Assembly: GCA_965217185.1 (NCBI GenBank)
Contig: OZ244252.1
Coordinates: forward strand, 4,000,001 to 4,064,000
Reading direction: 5' to 3'
Origin: an uncultured Candidatus Entotheonella sp.
GTDB taxonomy: Bacteria; Tectomicrobia; Entotheonellia; Entotheonellales; Entotheonellaceae
Length of the DNA: 64,000 nucleotides
A program made the position numbers and the translations under genes. The notes under the pieces were generated by a model. It ran no database searches. It saw nothing but the letters and a program-made list of their open reading frames with translations, and was not told where the DNA came from. Below, piece after piece: positions 44,881 through 54,853 of the stretch; position 1 is the stretch's first letter; every line of letters starts with the position of its first letter.

Positions 44881-45873
44881 CTAGCCTCGGCTTGGCGAGT
44901 CGTCCGGTGCCCCAGCACCGGACGCTGCGGGCGTTCCCGAGGACGCGATCAACTCCACGCCGTTTGGTGCGTGGCGCTTGATCAGCTCGGCGAACGCCCG
45001 CACCATTTCCATGCGGGGAAAGCCTCGCCGCGCGGCCAGACCGATGGTGCGATAGGGGACTGGGGCGGCGAAGGAGCGCAATTCGATCAGCCGCTCGCCG
45101 GCAGGCTTCGTCCCGCCTGCCTCTGCGGTGTCGGCGGCCAACGCCGGCAGCAGCGTGCAGCCGACGCCGGCCGCCACCATCTGCCGCAGCGTCTCCAGGC
45201 TGCTGCCACGGAAATCCTCGGTGCCGCGCGGTTGCGGCAAGCCGCAGACCGCCAGGGCCTGGTCGCGCAGGCAGTGCCCGTCTTCCAGCAGCAATAGCGA
45301 CACGCCCATCAGGTCAGTCTCCATCACCTCCGACTTACCGGCCAACGGGCTGTCCTTTGGCAGCGCCATCACAAACGGCTCCCGAAACAACTCGATGAGT
45401 TCCAGTCCATCGGTCTGAATGGGCAAGGCCAACAGGATTGCGTCCAGCGAACCGGAACGCAGCCGCTCGATCAGATTGGCGGTGAGGTCCTCCCTGAGAT
45501 ACAAGCTCAAGCGCGGATAATCCGCCCGCAACCGGGGCACGAGATGGGGCAGGAGATACGGCCCCAAGGTTGGGATGACGCCGAGCCGCAGCGGCCCGGC
45601 CATGGGATCGAGGGCCTGTTGCGCCATTTGGCGAAGCTTCTCCGCTTCCTCTAACACGATCCGCGCCTGCGCAATCAACTCAACACCCGCTGGTGTCGGC
45701 ATGACACGCTTGTTGGTGCGCTCGAACAGGGCCAAGCCCAGCTCCTCTTCGAGCTTCTTGATCTGCGTGCTCAACGTCGGTTGGCTGACGTAGCAGGCTT
45801 TCGCGGCGCGCGCGAAATTTCGGGTCTCCGCCAGCGTCACGACGTAACGCAAGTCCTGTAATGTCATCGCCAT
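44881..45873 (-). CDS. oxyR: Hydrogen peroxide-inducible LysR regulator
   Basis: LysR HTH; LEDGHCLRDQALAVC redox Cys pair; SSLETLRQMV; next to catalase. Confidence 0.92.
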   Translation of the reverse strand: MAMTLQDLRYVVTLAETRNFARAAKACYVSQPTLSTQIKKLEEELGLALFERTNKRVMPTPAGVELIAQARIVLEEAEKLRQMAQQALDPMAGPLRLGVIPTLGPYLLPHLVPRLRADYPRLSLYLREDLTANLIERLRSGSLDAILLALPIQTDGLELIELFREPFVMALPKDSPLAGKSEVMETDLMGVSLLLLEDGHCLRDQALAVCGLPQPRGTEDFRGSSLETLRQMVAAGVGCTLLPALAADTAEAGGTKPAGERLIELRSFAAPVPYRTIGLAARRGFPRMEMVRAFAELIKRHAPNGVELIASSGTPAASGAGAPDDSPSRG

Positions 45874-45918
45874 CTCCTTGCATGCGGTATAGCCGGATGG
45901 TGTCTCACGTTAGGAATT

Positions 45919-45958
45919 CCCCCTCACCCCAGCCCTTTCCTTCCAGGGAGAGGGAGGA
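45919..45958. repeat. REP-like CCCCTCACCCCAGCCCT...GGGAGAGGG element
   Basis: Hairpin between msbA and oxyR; related to 6092-6126. Confidence 0.6.
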
Positions 45959-45976
45959 CAAACCAGCAATTTCAAA

Positions 45977-47722
45977 TCACCCATCCGGCGCCAGCTCCTG
46001 CGTCCGGAATTGCAGGTCGTACAGGCGGCGGTACGGGCCGGACGCGGCGAGGAGGGCGTCGTGGCAGCCACGCTCGACGACGCGGCCTTCGTGGAGAACG
46101 ACGATGACATCGGCGTGGCGGACGGTGGAAAGGCGGTGGGCGATGACGAAGGTGGTGCGGTCCTTCATGAGATTTTCGAGGGCGTGTTGCACCATGCGTT
46201 CGGCAGCGCTGTCGAGGGCGGAGGTGGCCTCGTCGAGGATGAGAATCGGGGCGTTGCGCAGCAGGGCGCGGGCGATGGCCAGGCGTTGCTTTTCGCCGCC
46301 GGAGAATTTGACGCCGCGTTCGCCGATCATGGTGTCGTAGCCGTCTGGCAGTTGCATCACGAAGTCGTGCGCGTAGGCCGCGTGGGCCGCTGCCATCACC
46401 CGCTCATCGTCGGCCTGCGGGTCGCCGTACAGGATGTTGCGCCGCACGGTGTCGTCGAACAGGCTGACGTCCTGCGAAACGATGCCGATCTGCGACCGCA
46501 GCGACGCCAGGGACACCTCCCGGATATCCCGTCCGTCGATGGTGATGCAGCCGCTCTCCGGCTCGTAGAAGCGCGGAATCAGGTGCACCAGCGACGTCTT
46601 GCCGGCGCCGCTCGTGCCGACCAGGGCCACGACGCTGCCTACCGGCACTTCCAGCGACACGCTGTCGAGCGCCAGGGCCGTGTTGGGGTCGTAGCGCATC
46701 GACACGTTGTTGAAGGCCAGCCTGTGCCGAATCGGCGGCAGCTCCGGTTTGCCGTTTTCTTCCGTTGCCTCTCCCGGCGTGTCCAGCAGGCCGAAGACCC
46801 TCGCCGCCGCGGCCAGGGCGTTCTGGATGGTGTTGTTGATGCGGCTCAGCCGCCGCACCGGCTCGTAAATCATGAAGATGGCCGTCAGGAACGAAAAGAA
46901 CGTGCCCGGCGTCGTCGTGCCGGCGATGACCTGCGAGCCGCCGTACCAGACCACCGCCGCCACTCCCACCGCGGCCAGGAATTCCATGATCGGCGAGCGC
47001 ATCTCGTCGGTGCGTACGGACCGCAGCATGACGTTGTAGTACGCCTCGTTGCCGCGCCGGAAGCGCGTGTTTTCGTAGCCTTCGCGCCCGAAGCCCTTGA
47101 CCACCCGGATGTTGCCCAACACCTCCGCCACCAGCGCGTTCAAGTCGCCGACGTGTTCTTGCGCCCGCCGGCTCAGCCGCCGCAGAGCGCGTCCGAGCTG
47201 CACGATGCACAGGCAGGCGAACGGCAGCACCAGCAGCGCCCACGTCGCCAGCACCCAGTCGCGGTAGAGGGCCACGCCGATCAGCGCCAGCAGCGTCAGA
47301 CCCTGCCGCACGCCGGTGGACACCGCCTCGGTGACGGCGCGCTCGATCAGCGTCACGTCGTGCATGATCTGCGACATCAGCACCCCGGTATGCTGGCGAT
47401 TGAAATACGTCATCGGCAGCCCCTGCAGGTGCGCAAACATCTGCTGCCGCAGGTCGCGGATGACCCGCTGCCCGACCGACCGCATCAGGTAGGCTTGGCC
47501 GTACAGCAGGAAGCCCCGCGCGATGTACAGCAACATCACGATCAACGGAAAGAACACCAGCCGCGTGGTGTCGCGCGCCACGAAAATCTCGTCCAGGATC
47601 GGCTTCACCAACAGCGCCGCGTACCCCGTTGTGCCCGATACGGCCACACTGCACAGGATGGCCGCTGCCAGCCGGTGTCGATACGGATAAACGTAAGTCA
47701 GAAGGCGTCGGTACAGGGTCAT
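45977..47722 (-). CDS. msbA: Lipid A exporter-like ABC transporter (TMD+NBD)
   Basis: 6 TM helices plus GTSGAGKT, FSGGEKQR, ILILDEATSALD; downstream of lptD; start approximate. Confidence 0.8.
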   Translation of the reverse strand: MTLYRRLLTYVYPYRHRLAAAILCSVAVSGTTGYAALLVKPILDEIFVARDTTRLVFFPLIVMLLYIARGFLLYGQAYLMRSVGQRVIRDLRQQMFAHLQGLPMTYFNRQHTGVLMSQIMHDVTLIERAVTEAVSTGVRQGLTLLALIGVALYRDWVLATWALLVLPFACLCIVQLGRALRRLSRRAQEHVGDLNALVAEVLGNIRVVKGFGREGYENTRFRRGNEAYYNVMLRSVRTDEMRSPIMEFLAAVGVAAVVWYGGSQVIAGTTTPGTFFSFLTAIFMIYEPVRRLSRINNTIQNALAAAARVFGLLDTPGEATEENGKPELPPIRHRLAFNNVSMRYDPNTALALDSVSLEVPVGSVVALVGTSGAGKTSLVHLIPRFYEPESGCITIDGRDIREVSLASLRSQIGIVSQDVSLFDDTVRRNILYGDPQADDERVMAAAHAAYAHDFVMQLPDGYDTMIGERGVKFSGGEKQRLAIARALLRNAPILILDEATSALDSAAERMVQHALENLMKDRTTFVIAHRLSTVRHADVIVVLHEGRVVERGCHDALLAASGPYRRLYDLQFRTQELAPDG

Positions 47723-47739
47723 CAATCGGCCCATCCATG

Positions 47740-49830
47740 TCAGAAATACAAGAGATTCGCTTCCACCAGGACCGTCCGGTCGCCGTTGTGGCGCAGACGC
47801 AGGCTGCCGTTGACGCTCCAGCACTGCGCCTCGTAGAGCAGGGTGGCGACGTGGTCGCGGAACTGGCCTCGCGAGCCGTCGTAGCGGGTGTTGTAACCCG
47901 CCGTCAGCCCCTTGAGCACCGGTACGCTGACGCCGCCGATGACGTAGAGCACGTCCGGGTTGCGACGGTAGTTGCTGTGCACGAACAGCGATCTGCCGCG
48001 CGGCAGATCGACGGCGACCCGCCAGTGGGCCGTCTGCAAGTCACCCGTCTGTGGCGCCACGCGCAGCACCGATTCCAGCGACCAGACCTGCCACAGACGC
48101 ACGCCCACGTCGATGTCCAGCGGCCCCATTCCCCCCGCGTATTCACCGGGAGAGCCGTCCCCAACGTGAAAACCCTGCGCGATGATCAAATGGGCCGCCT
48201 CGCGTATCTGCCCTGTTTCGCTGCGGGCGAAGAAGCGGTTGCCCAGCCGCAGCTTGACGTAGTTCGCCGGGCCGATGCGGTCGAGCAGGGTCAGCGTTTC
48301 CAGCGGGTCGAGGGCGTGCTCGTTGGCGTCGAGGGTTTCGTAAGCCGGTAAGTCGTCTTGATCCACCTCGGGAACGTACCGGTAATCCAGCCCCGTTGCC
48401 AACAGGTGGATCAAGGCGCCGCCGCTGCGCGTGTAGCGCCGCTGCCAGGCGGGCCCCTCCACCGTGGCGCGCACGTCGACAACAGTCCTCGACGCCTCGC
48501 CCTCCGCCGCTCCTTCAGGCTGGTAATACGTCTGCCGCAGCCCGGCGCTGCCGGTGATCTGCAGCCACGGCGCCAGCCGCAGCGGCACGCTGAGCTGCGG
48601 AAACAGGTCGAAACGCTGCACGGCCGCATTGTCGCGTATGGTGGACGCCCGCATCCGGTCGGCGGCGGCGCTTACCGAGAAGTATGCCAGCCCCAGCAGC
48701 GGGGTCAGAAACTGCTCCAGGTACAGGCTCGGCAGGCGTGTGAACGTCGCATCGCTGCCGCTGTCCGGGATGCCCTCGAAGGCGTCCGCCTGCAGCGTCA
48801 CGCGGCTGTTGGCGAAGCGCTTGCTGAGGCTGGCGAACGACGTCGTCTGGGTCCTTGATTCCTGCTCAATGTTGCGCGCAAAGCGCCGCTGAATGTCGCG
48901 TTCGCTGCGCAAGTCAAGCTGTGTGAGGCCGCTGATGCCCCAGCCGAATGTCTGCCGCTGCTGCACGAAGACCTGCCACAGATCCTCACCCGTTTTCTGG
49001 TCGTGGATGAAGCTACCCTGCGTCTGCCCGTCGGATTGCGGATCGAGGCTGTAGCGGTACTCCGCGTACGGCCGGTAACCGCGCTCGCCGTAGTATTCGA
49101 GGCCGAGCGTGCTGTCCATCCACTCCGTCATGGCCCAGAAAAACTCGTCCCTGACGACGGCCCCATGGTTGCTGTCGCTGCCCAGATGCGGCGGCAGAAA
49201 GCCGGTGGTGCGTTCGTCCCGGTACGGGAAGACGGCGTACGGCAGGTAGAACACCGGCACGCCCTTGATGCGGAAGGACGGGTGCTGCAGCGTCACGTAG
49301 TTGCCGGCGCCGAGGCGGACCCGACGGGCGCGAAATTCCCAGGCGGGAACCCGTCCGGTGCATGTCGTCAGCCGTCCGCGCCGCGCCACAAAGCGCTGCG
49401 GCCCGAGGCGTTCCAGACGCTCGCTGCTGACGAGATACGTGTTGCCGATGAGGCCGCTGGCGTCGTAAACCAGGCCGCGCTCGTTGGTGAGGTCGAAGTC
49501 CACCCGCGACGCTTTAAGCTGATCCTCGGGGGTGGACAGCCGCACGTCGCCCGTGGCAATGCCGACGCCGCTTTCCGTATTCATTTCCATGCGGTCGGCC
49601 AGCAGCAGCGTGTCGCCATAGACCACCGACACCTTGCCGGTCGCCTCCAGCCGGTTCTCGGCTTCAAAGTATTCCAGCTTCTGCGCCTGCAGGATGATTC
49701 CCGGGTTTTGCGTGTGGACGGCGGGCGCCATGCACGGCTGCTCGGTCGAGGTCTGGGAATCGGCGGGGATGAGGCAGGCCGTCAGCAACCAAAGCAGGGC
49801 TGCAACGGCGGATAAACGGGGTTTTCTCAT
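47740..49830 (-). CDS. lptD: LPS-assembly protein LptD
   Basis: Signal peptide, OstA-like domain, LTTC...PAW, GVPVFYLPY, RTTGFLPP, C-terminal QCW and terminal F. Confidence 0.88.
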   Translation of the reverse strand: MRKPRLSAVAALLWLLTACLIPADSQTSTEQPCMAPAVHTQNPGIILQAQKLEYFEAENRLEATGKVSVVYGDTLLLADRMEMNTESGVGIATGDVRLSTPEDQLKASRVDFDLTNERGLVYDASGLIGNTYLVSSERLERLGPQRFVARRGRLTTCTGRVPAWEFRARRVRLGAGNYVTLQHPSFRIKGVPVFYLPYAVFPYRDERTTGFLPPHLGSDSNHGAVVRDEFFWAMTEWMDSTLGLEYYGERGYRPYAEYRYSLDPQSDGQTQGSFIHDQKTGEDLWQVFVQQRQTFGWGISGLTQLDLRSERDIQRRFARNIEQESRTQTTSFASLSKRFANSRVTLQADAFEGIPDSGSDATFTRLPSLYLEQFLTPLLGLAYFSVSAAADRMRASTIRDNAAVQRFDLFPQLSVPLRLAPWLQITGSAGLRQTYYQPEGAAEGEASRTVVDVRATVEGPAWQRRYTRSGGALIHLLATGLDYRYVPEVDQDDLPAYETLDANEHALDPLETLTLLDRIGPANYVKLRLGNRFFARSETGQIREAAHLIIAQGFHVGDGSPGEYAGGMGPLDIDVGVRLWQVWSLESVLRVAPQTGDLQTAHWRVAVDLPRGRSLFVHSNYRRNPDVLYVIGGVSVPVLKGLTAGYNTRYDGSRGQFRDHVATLLYEAQCWSVNGSLRLRHNGDRTVLVEANLLYF

Positions 49831-49947
49831 GGCCCTTCTCGGAAGGCGTGGCGAGGTGGGGGAAGACGGTATATCAAACGGACACTATATACCATAGGGG
49901 CTGGTCAGTGCTTGGCCGCTATCCGTTTCCTGATGTATGTTGCGCGC

Positions 49948-50151
49948 ATGTCACAAATCAGTGTAAACATCGACGCCGAAGCTTGCGCGGAGGTCAGGTG
50001 CCGTTGCGGGTTGGCGACGAAGTGCGAGGCGATTAACTTCGCGTTGCGAACCCTGGTGTCGAAGCCATTCAGCGTCGATGAAGCCCGGCGACTCCGCGGG
50101 TCCGGTTGGGAGGGCGACCTCGACGAGTTGCGCTCTGGCCGCCTGGCGTGA
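49948..50151 (+). CDS. VapB-type (DUF2191-like) antitoxin, orphan
   Basis: SVNIDAEAC...TK.EAINFALR.L...LRGSGWEGDLDELR; only GTG ATT CTG of a possible vapC follows. Confidence 0.75.
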   Translation: MSQISVNIDAEACAEVRCRCGLATKCEAINFALRTLVSKPFSVDEARRLRGSGWEGDLDELRSGRLA

Positions 50152-50435
50152 TTCTGAAGCTCGTGCCGTCAATATCTCTTCCTCTCCGAAGATGCCGTAG
50201 TGTTGCGTCACCTCTTATTTTCGTGCGATAGGGACAACCGTTTGGCAATTCGCCGTGCCTGACGCTCCATGAAGTTCAAGAGTTTATACCCGAAAACTAA
50301 GCGTGACAGACCAGTAGAAGTGTTCGCGGACAATAAACTGACTGATATCTACAATGTGTTGAAGATGAGGGAATTGCCCCCCCCCCCCGTAAGGTGCGGA
50401 TGGAATGCGCGAAAACGTGGATTATGGAGGAGTCT

Positions 50436-50627
50436 ATGCGAAGAGTTGGTATCGTTTTCCTGGTTTTGGTACTCACTCTGTCACTGCCGGCTGCTGCGGA
50501 TGTGCGAAGTGACCTGCGCAAGGTGCATCGCGAATGCGAGGACGGGCATAAAGACCTTGCTCGCACGCTGAACGACATCAGCGAACGGTTGGAACGTCTC
50601 GAACGGTTGCTGACCGAAAGGAGATAG
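50436..50627 (+). CDS. Small secreted coiled-coil protein
   Basis: GGAGGAG RBS; signal MRRVGIVFLVLVLTLSLPAAA-D; heptad-like tail. Confidence 0.6.
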   Translation: MRRVGIVFLVLVLTLSLPAAADVRSDLRKVHRECEDGHKDLARTLNDISERLERLERLLTERR

Positions 50628-50832
50628 TAGGATTGAAGCCAATAGAGGCTACGCCCGTTTCCTGGCTCTGTTTCCGCCGTCACCCATGGCCTAAAGCTGC
50701 GGGTCATCGCCGAGGGCGCCCGCCTGTGGCAATCGCCTGCCCGAGGAGAGCAGGGGAAGGGCAAAGAGATCGAATCGTGGTGTGCAACAGTCCCCCCTCC
50801 TTGGCCATTACGCAGCAGTGGGGGAGGGAACG

Positions 50833-51954
50833 ATGAGTGCAAGTAGCCGCTCGGTTTGGCTTCGCCGAGGCAACTCGTCCGATCCTGACTTTTACGCCCC
50901 TGCACAGTGTTCGGATTTCGAGTTGGCCGCAATCGGCAATGCTGCGGCCCGAGAGACATTTGTCACCGCCACGTCACACATGGCGGCAATATGGACCGAT
51001 CTGTTTCAGAGCATCATCACACCACGCCCGCAATTGCGATGGCTCGGTGACGGTCCCGGTGTTGGACGCGATGCACGAATTGCATACTCGAGCCTGCTGG
51101 GGCGTTATATGGCCCGAGCCTATCTGACTGAACGTGAAAGGGTCCGCATCCTCGTCCCACTGGATGAGGCGAAGCGCCGGCTCGAGAGAACATCTTACGT
51201 CATCGAGAAGGATCCGCCGGGCAAAGTCCACGAGGCTGATTGGATCGGTCTCGACAACAAGGGATTGGTGATTGTCGAGGCCAAAGGTAGATTCGACGAC
51301 GGCGACAAAGTATGGTCCGGTCCATATCGCCGCCCCAAGATATTGGAAACCGCTATAGAGCAGGCGGCAAGGACAGCCGTCTTCGTGCGTGGCACTCACC
51401 GGCAGCTTCCAGCGAAGCGCTGGGCAATTGTATCGCGCTGGGCGACCGAGCATAACCACCGGGAGCCGACGCTTCTAGCCGGGCACTCAGAGGTGGAAAG
51501 ACTTCCCCAAGAAGATTATCGAGAGCTGTCGCGAATCCTCCTCCGCGCCGATTTGGAGAGCGTTCTAATGGGGCTGGGTCATCGGGAAGCTATGGAAGTG
51601 TTGAATGCTACGGAACCGCCCAGGCGCATCTCAGGAGAGTTGCAGATCAGGGTGGGCAACCGAGAGCTTGAACCGGGTTTGGCGGCTGCAATTGGTCCTT
51701 TTGGTGTGCGGCCCCTTCGTAACGGGGACGATTTTGCTCAACTGGATCAAGTGCGCGTGTTGAACCCAGACGTTGTGGTGGCATCTCTGTCTAGCCGTTA
51801 CCTCACGACCATGGGCCAAGAAGCGAGTCGGTCGGGGGAAGAAGAGGTAGAGGAGGTAGAAGTAAAACCTGCATTTGAACGTTTTGCGAGCCGTGTTGGC
51901 TTGGCCGTGATGTGGCTGGTTGCCGGCGAAGAAGTCGCTCTGGTGGCGTCGTGA
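50833..51954 (+). CDS. Hypothetical protein with PD-(D/E)xK nuclease-like motif
   Basis: LGRYMAR...EADWIGLDNKGLVIVEAKG...AIEQ. Confidence 0.6.
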   Translation: MSASSRSVWLRRGNSSDPDFYAPAQCSDFELAAIGNAAARETFVTATSHMAAIWTDLFQSIITPRPQLRWLGDGPGVGRDARIAYSSLLGRYMARAYLTERERVRILVPLDEAKRRLERTSYVIEKDPPGKVHEADWIGLDNKGLVIVEAKGRFDDGDKVWSGPYRRPKILETAIEQAARTAVFVRGTHRQLPAKRWAIVSRWATEHNHREPTLLAGHSEVERLPQEDYRELSRILLRADLESVLMGLGHREAMEVLNATEPPRRISGELQIRVGNRELEPGLAAAIGPFGVRPLRNGDDFAQLDQVRVLNPDVVVASLSSRYLTTMGQEASRSGEEEVEEVEVKPAFERFASRVGLAVMWLVAGEEVALVAS

Positions 51955-52144
51955 CTAAATGAGTGGATTGTCCATCTGTAATTTGTAACGTGCCTTAGCC
52001 AAGAACCGTCTCATAAGTTTGCGAGGGTGTCAGCGAACAGTTTATTGTCAGTTAGTTTGCCGGTGCACCCATTTATTTTGAGAGTTCAGATAGGAAGGCT
52101 CTGTGACCGCTCTTTCCATTGACGGATGGTGACGGGAGAAACTC

Positions 52145-54112
52145 ATGTCTGCGGATTTCGAGTCAGGACTGGAAGCATATAACCGAGGGGATTACAAAAA
52201 CGCCTTCCTCATTTTCAATTGTCTCACTGAGCAGGGCGACGCTGCGGCGCAGTACCAACTTGGCGTCATGTATGCCGACGGTGAGGGCGTTCCCCAAGAC
52301 GATTCCGAGGCACTACGTTGGTACCGCATGGCCGCCGAGCAAGGGAATGCTGTTGCACAGTGGGAACTGGGCTTGATGTATTCCACCGGCGAGGGTGTTC
52401 CTAAAGATGATGTTGAAGCGGTACGTTGGCTTATGCTGGCCACTAAGCACGGGGACGGCGCTGCTTCTGCGGCGACGCGCTGGCACCGCATAGCCGCCGA
52501 GCGAGCGATCGAAAAACACCGCGCCGCCGTCAGGGAATACTCGACGGATGCCGAACGAATTTTGAAGGCGGTAGGCGAAGAAGCTCTCCGACAGGGCTTG
52601 CCGGCCTCGTTGCTCGCCGTACTTGAGAGTGACGGCGTGGAGTTGTCCGGTGTTCAGGTCGCCGAGGCGGCTATTGCCACGTACCACACGGATGCCCTCA
52701 GACACTACCGACGGGCACTCTCCCGATTGGACCCGCCAAGGCGTTGGGCGGGCTCGGAGCGAGTTGTCGATTTCGTTCGCTCACTGGGATTTTCCACCGA
52801 ATGGGCCGGAGAGCGAAAAAAGAACCGCGATCCGTATCTGGAAGTGGAAGGCCCGTATTCGCTCCCGAATCTCCACGACTACCAATTGACCATCGCCCAA
52901 AACGTGCGGTCCATGCTTCGCAACGACAACGGGGATGGAGCCGAGCGGCGTGGGATGATCAGCATGCCGACCGGCTCCGGCAAGACCCGCGTCGCCGTGC
53001 AGGCGATAGTCGAGGCAATGCGTGATGATAATTTCCGCGGTGGTGTTCTTTGGGTTGCGGACCGGGATGAGCTATGCGAGCAGGCCGTGGAATCATGGCG
53101 GCAGGTGTGGTCGAGCATCGGTGTCCAAGGGGCACGGCTCCGTATTTCCAGGATGTGGGGTGGGCAGATGAGACCGCTGGCGACGAGCGAACTCCATGTC
53201 ATTGTTGCGACCATCCAGACACTCAACGCGAGGCTTTCAGATCAAGGCGGCGAATACGATTTTCTGTCGGATTTTAAGCTGGTCGTCTTTGATGAGGCCC
53301 ACCGGTCGATCGCTCCAACCTTCACCTCCGTTATGCAGGACCTCGGCTTGACGCGCTTCCAACGAGGGCATGAGCCGTTCCTGCTTGGGCTAACCGCCAC
53401 GCCTTACCGCGGACAGGACGAGTCGGAGACCGAAAGGCTCGTCCGCCGCTATGGCAGTAACAGGTTCGATGCCGGGGCGTTTTCGAGCGACGACCCACAA
53501 GCCGTGATTCAGGAGTTGCAGGACATGGGCGTGCTTGCCCAAGCCGATCACCAGACCATTAAAGGCGAAACATTCTCAGCCGACATGTTCTCACCTCAAG
53601 AACTGGAGCAGGCGCAGTCCTTACCCTGGCTACCGCCGAGGGTAGAGGAGCGCATCGCGCAGAGTGTCGAGCGAACCCGGCGCATCGTCGAAGCGTATGA
53701 GGCACACGTTGATCCAGACTGGCCCGCCCTTGTCTTCGCCACGTCGGTCGAGCATGCCAAGACCTTGGCGGCACTTCTCACGAGTAAGGGGATCCGGTCA
53801 CGTGCTGTCAGTGGAGAGACGGAGACGGCCGCGCGCCGCCGAATGGTTGAAGAGTTCCGGTGTGGTGAGATCAGGGCGCTCGTGAACTACGGTGTTTTCC
53901 GTGAGGGCTTCGACGCGCCCAAGACTCGCGCCATCATCGTGGCGCGCCCTGTCTACAGCCCCAATCTCTACTTCCAGATGATCGGCAGGGGCCTACGTGG
54001 ACCGAAAAACGGTGGCGACGAGCGCTGCCTCGTTCTCAACGTCCAGGACAACATCGAGAACTTTCAGCGGGCGCTCGCCTTTTCGGAACTCGACTGGTTG
54101 TGGTCTGATTAA
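52145..54112 (+). CDS. Sel1-repeat / SF2 DEAH helicase (ResIII-like) fusion
   Basis: AQYQLGVMYADGEGVPQD repeats; MPTGSGKT, VFDEAH, GLTATP, EGFDAP, QMIGRGLR. Confidence 0.85.
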   Translation: MSADFESGLEAYNRGDYKNAFLIFNCLTEQGDAAAQYQLGVMYADGEGVPQDDSEALRWYRMAAEQGNAVAQWELGLMYSTGEGVPKDDVEAVRWLMLATKHGDGAASAATRWHRIAAERAIEKHRAAVREYSTDAERILKAVGEEALRQGLPASLLAVLESDGVELSGVQVAEAAIATYHTDALRHYRRALSRLDPPRRWAGSERVVDFVRSLGFSTEWAGERKKNRDPYLEVEGPYSLPNLHDYQLTIAQNVRSMLRNDNGDGAERRGMISMPTGSGKTRVAVQAIVEAMRDDNFRGGVLWVADRDELCEQAVESWRQVWSSIGVQGARLRISRMWGGQMRPLATSELHVIVATIQTLNARLSDQGGEYDFLSDFKLVVFDEAHRSIAPTFTSVMQDLGLTRFQRGHEPFLLGLTATPYRGQDESETERLVRRYGSNRFDAGAFSSDDPQAVIQELQDMGVLAQADHQTIKGETFSADMFSPQELEQAQSLPWLPPRVEERIAQSVERTRRIVEAYEAHVDPDWPALVFATSVEHAKTLAALLTSKGIRSRAVSGETETAARRRMVEEFRCGEIRALVNYGVFREGFDAPKTRAIIVARPVYSPNLYFQMIGRGLRGPKNGGDERCLVLNVQDNIENFQRALAFSELDWLWSD

Positions 54113-54150
54113 AAACGGAAGTCAGCGTGTGACATATGAAAGGAGACAGC

Positions 54151-54753
54151 ATGACAAACGAATTGGCCGACCTGCTGCCATGGCTTGATGGCTTTGTAGT
54201 GGGTCAGTCTTACACCCACTCATCAAGTTTTGACTTTTCTGAGGCGGTGACCCGTGGCGACATCATCAAAAGGCTACAGGCGTTTGAACCCGAAAACACT
54301 ATGATCCTGGCACTGTTAGGACGGTGTCCCGACTTCCATATCGTGCCAGTGAAGAACCGGGTCATGCTGATGGTGGATACCGACGTCGTGCACGTATGGC
54401 ATATAGCAAGGCCAAAGAAGTTCGCAGATGTGAGAGAAGACCGTATAGCAGGCGAATTGACGGACCTGCTGCCGTGGCTCGATGGCTATGTCGTGGGTCA
54501 GGTTGAGCCCTACGAGGTTGATGACGGCGACCTGTTGGATGACGCTTTTCATGATTTCGAGGCGGTGAGTCATATTGACATTATCAAAAAGCTACAGAGG
54601 TTTGAACCCGAGAACGCGACGACCCTGGCGCAGGTACGGCGGTGTCCCGACTTCCATATCGTGCCAGTGAAGAACCGGGTTATGCTGATAGTGGATACCG
54701 ACGTCATGCACGTATGGCAGTTTAACGGGATTGAGGAGGAGGAAGAGGAATAG
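54151..54753 (+). CDS. Hypothetical protein made of two tandem ~85-aa repeats
   Basis: AGGAG RBS; EL.DLLPWLDG.VVGQ...RCPDFHIVPVKNRVML.VDTDV.HVW twice; poly-Glu tail. Confidence 0.75.
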   Translation: MTNELADLLPWLDGFVVGQSYTHSSSFDFSEAVTRGDIIKRLQAFEPENTMILALLGRCPDFHIVPVKNRVMLMVDTDVVHVWHIARPKKFADVREDRIAGELTDLLPWLDGYVVGQVEPYEVDDGDLLDDAFHDFEAVSHIDIIKKLQRFEPENATTLAQVRRCPDFHIVPVKNRVMLIVDTDVMHVWQFNGIEEEEEE

Positions 54754-54853
54754 GAGACCAAGCCTGCCGCTGGTGATCGAAGACACCCCTATGCAGACCC
54801 GGCGCATCTGGGATAGGCACCCCTGAACGTTATCCACCCCATCGGAGAGAACT

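Noticed and set aside
43086..45873. katA-oxyR pair with OxyR box as a novel system
   Set aside because: Well-established peroxide response module
50680..50718. HGLKLRVIAEG resembling an EAL-domain motif
   Set aside because: About 12 residues with no surrounding ORF; could be chance
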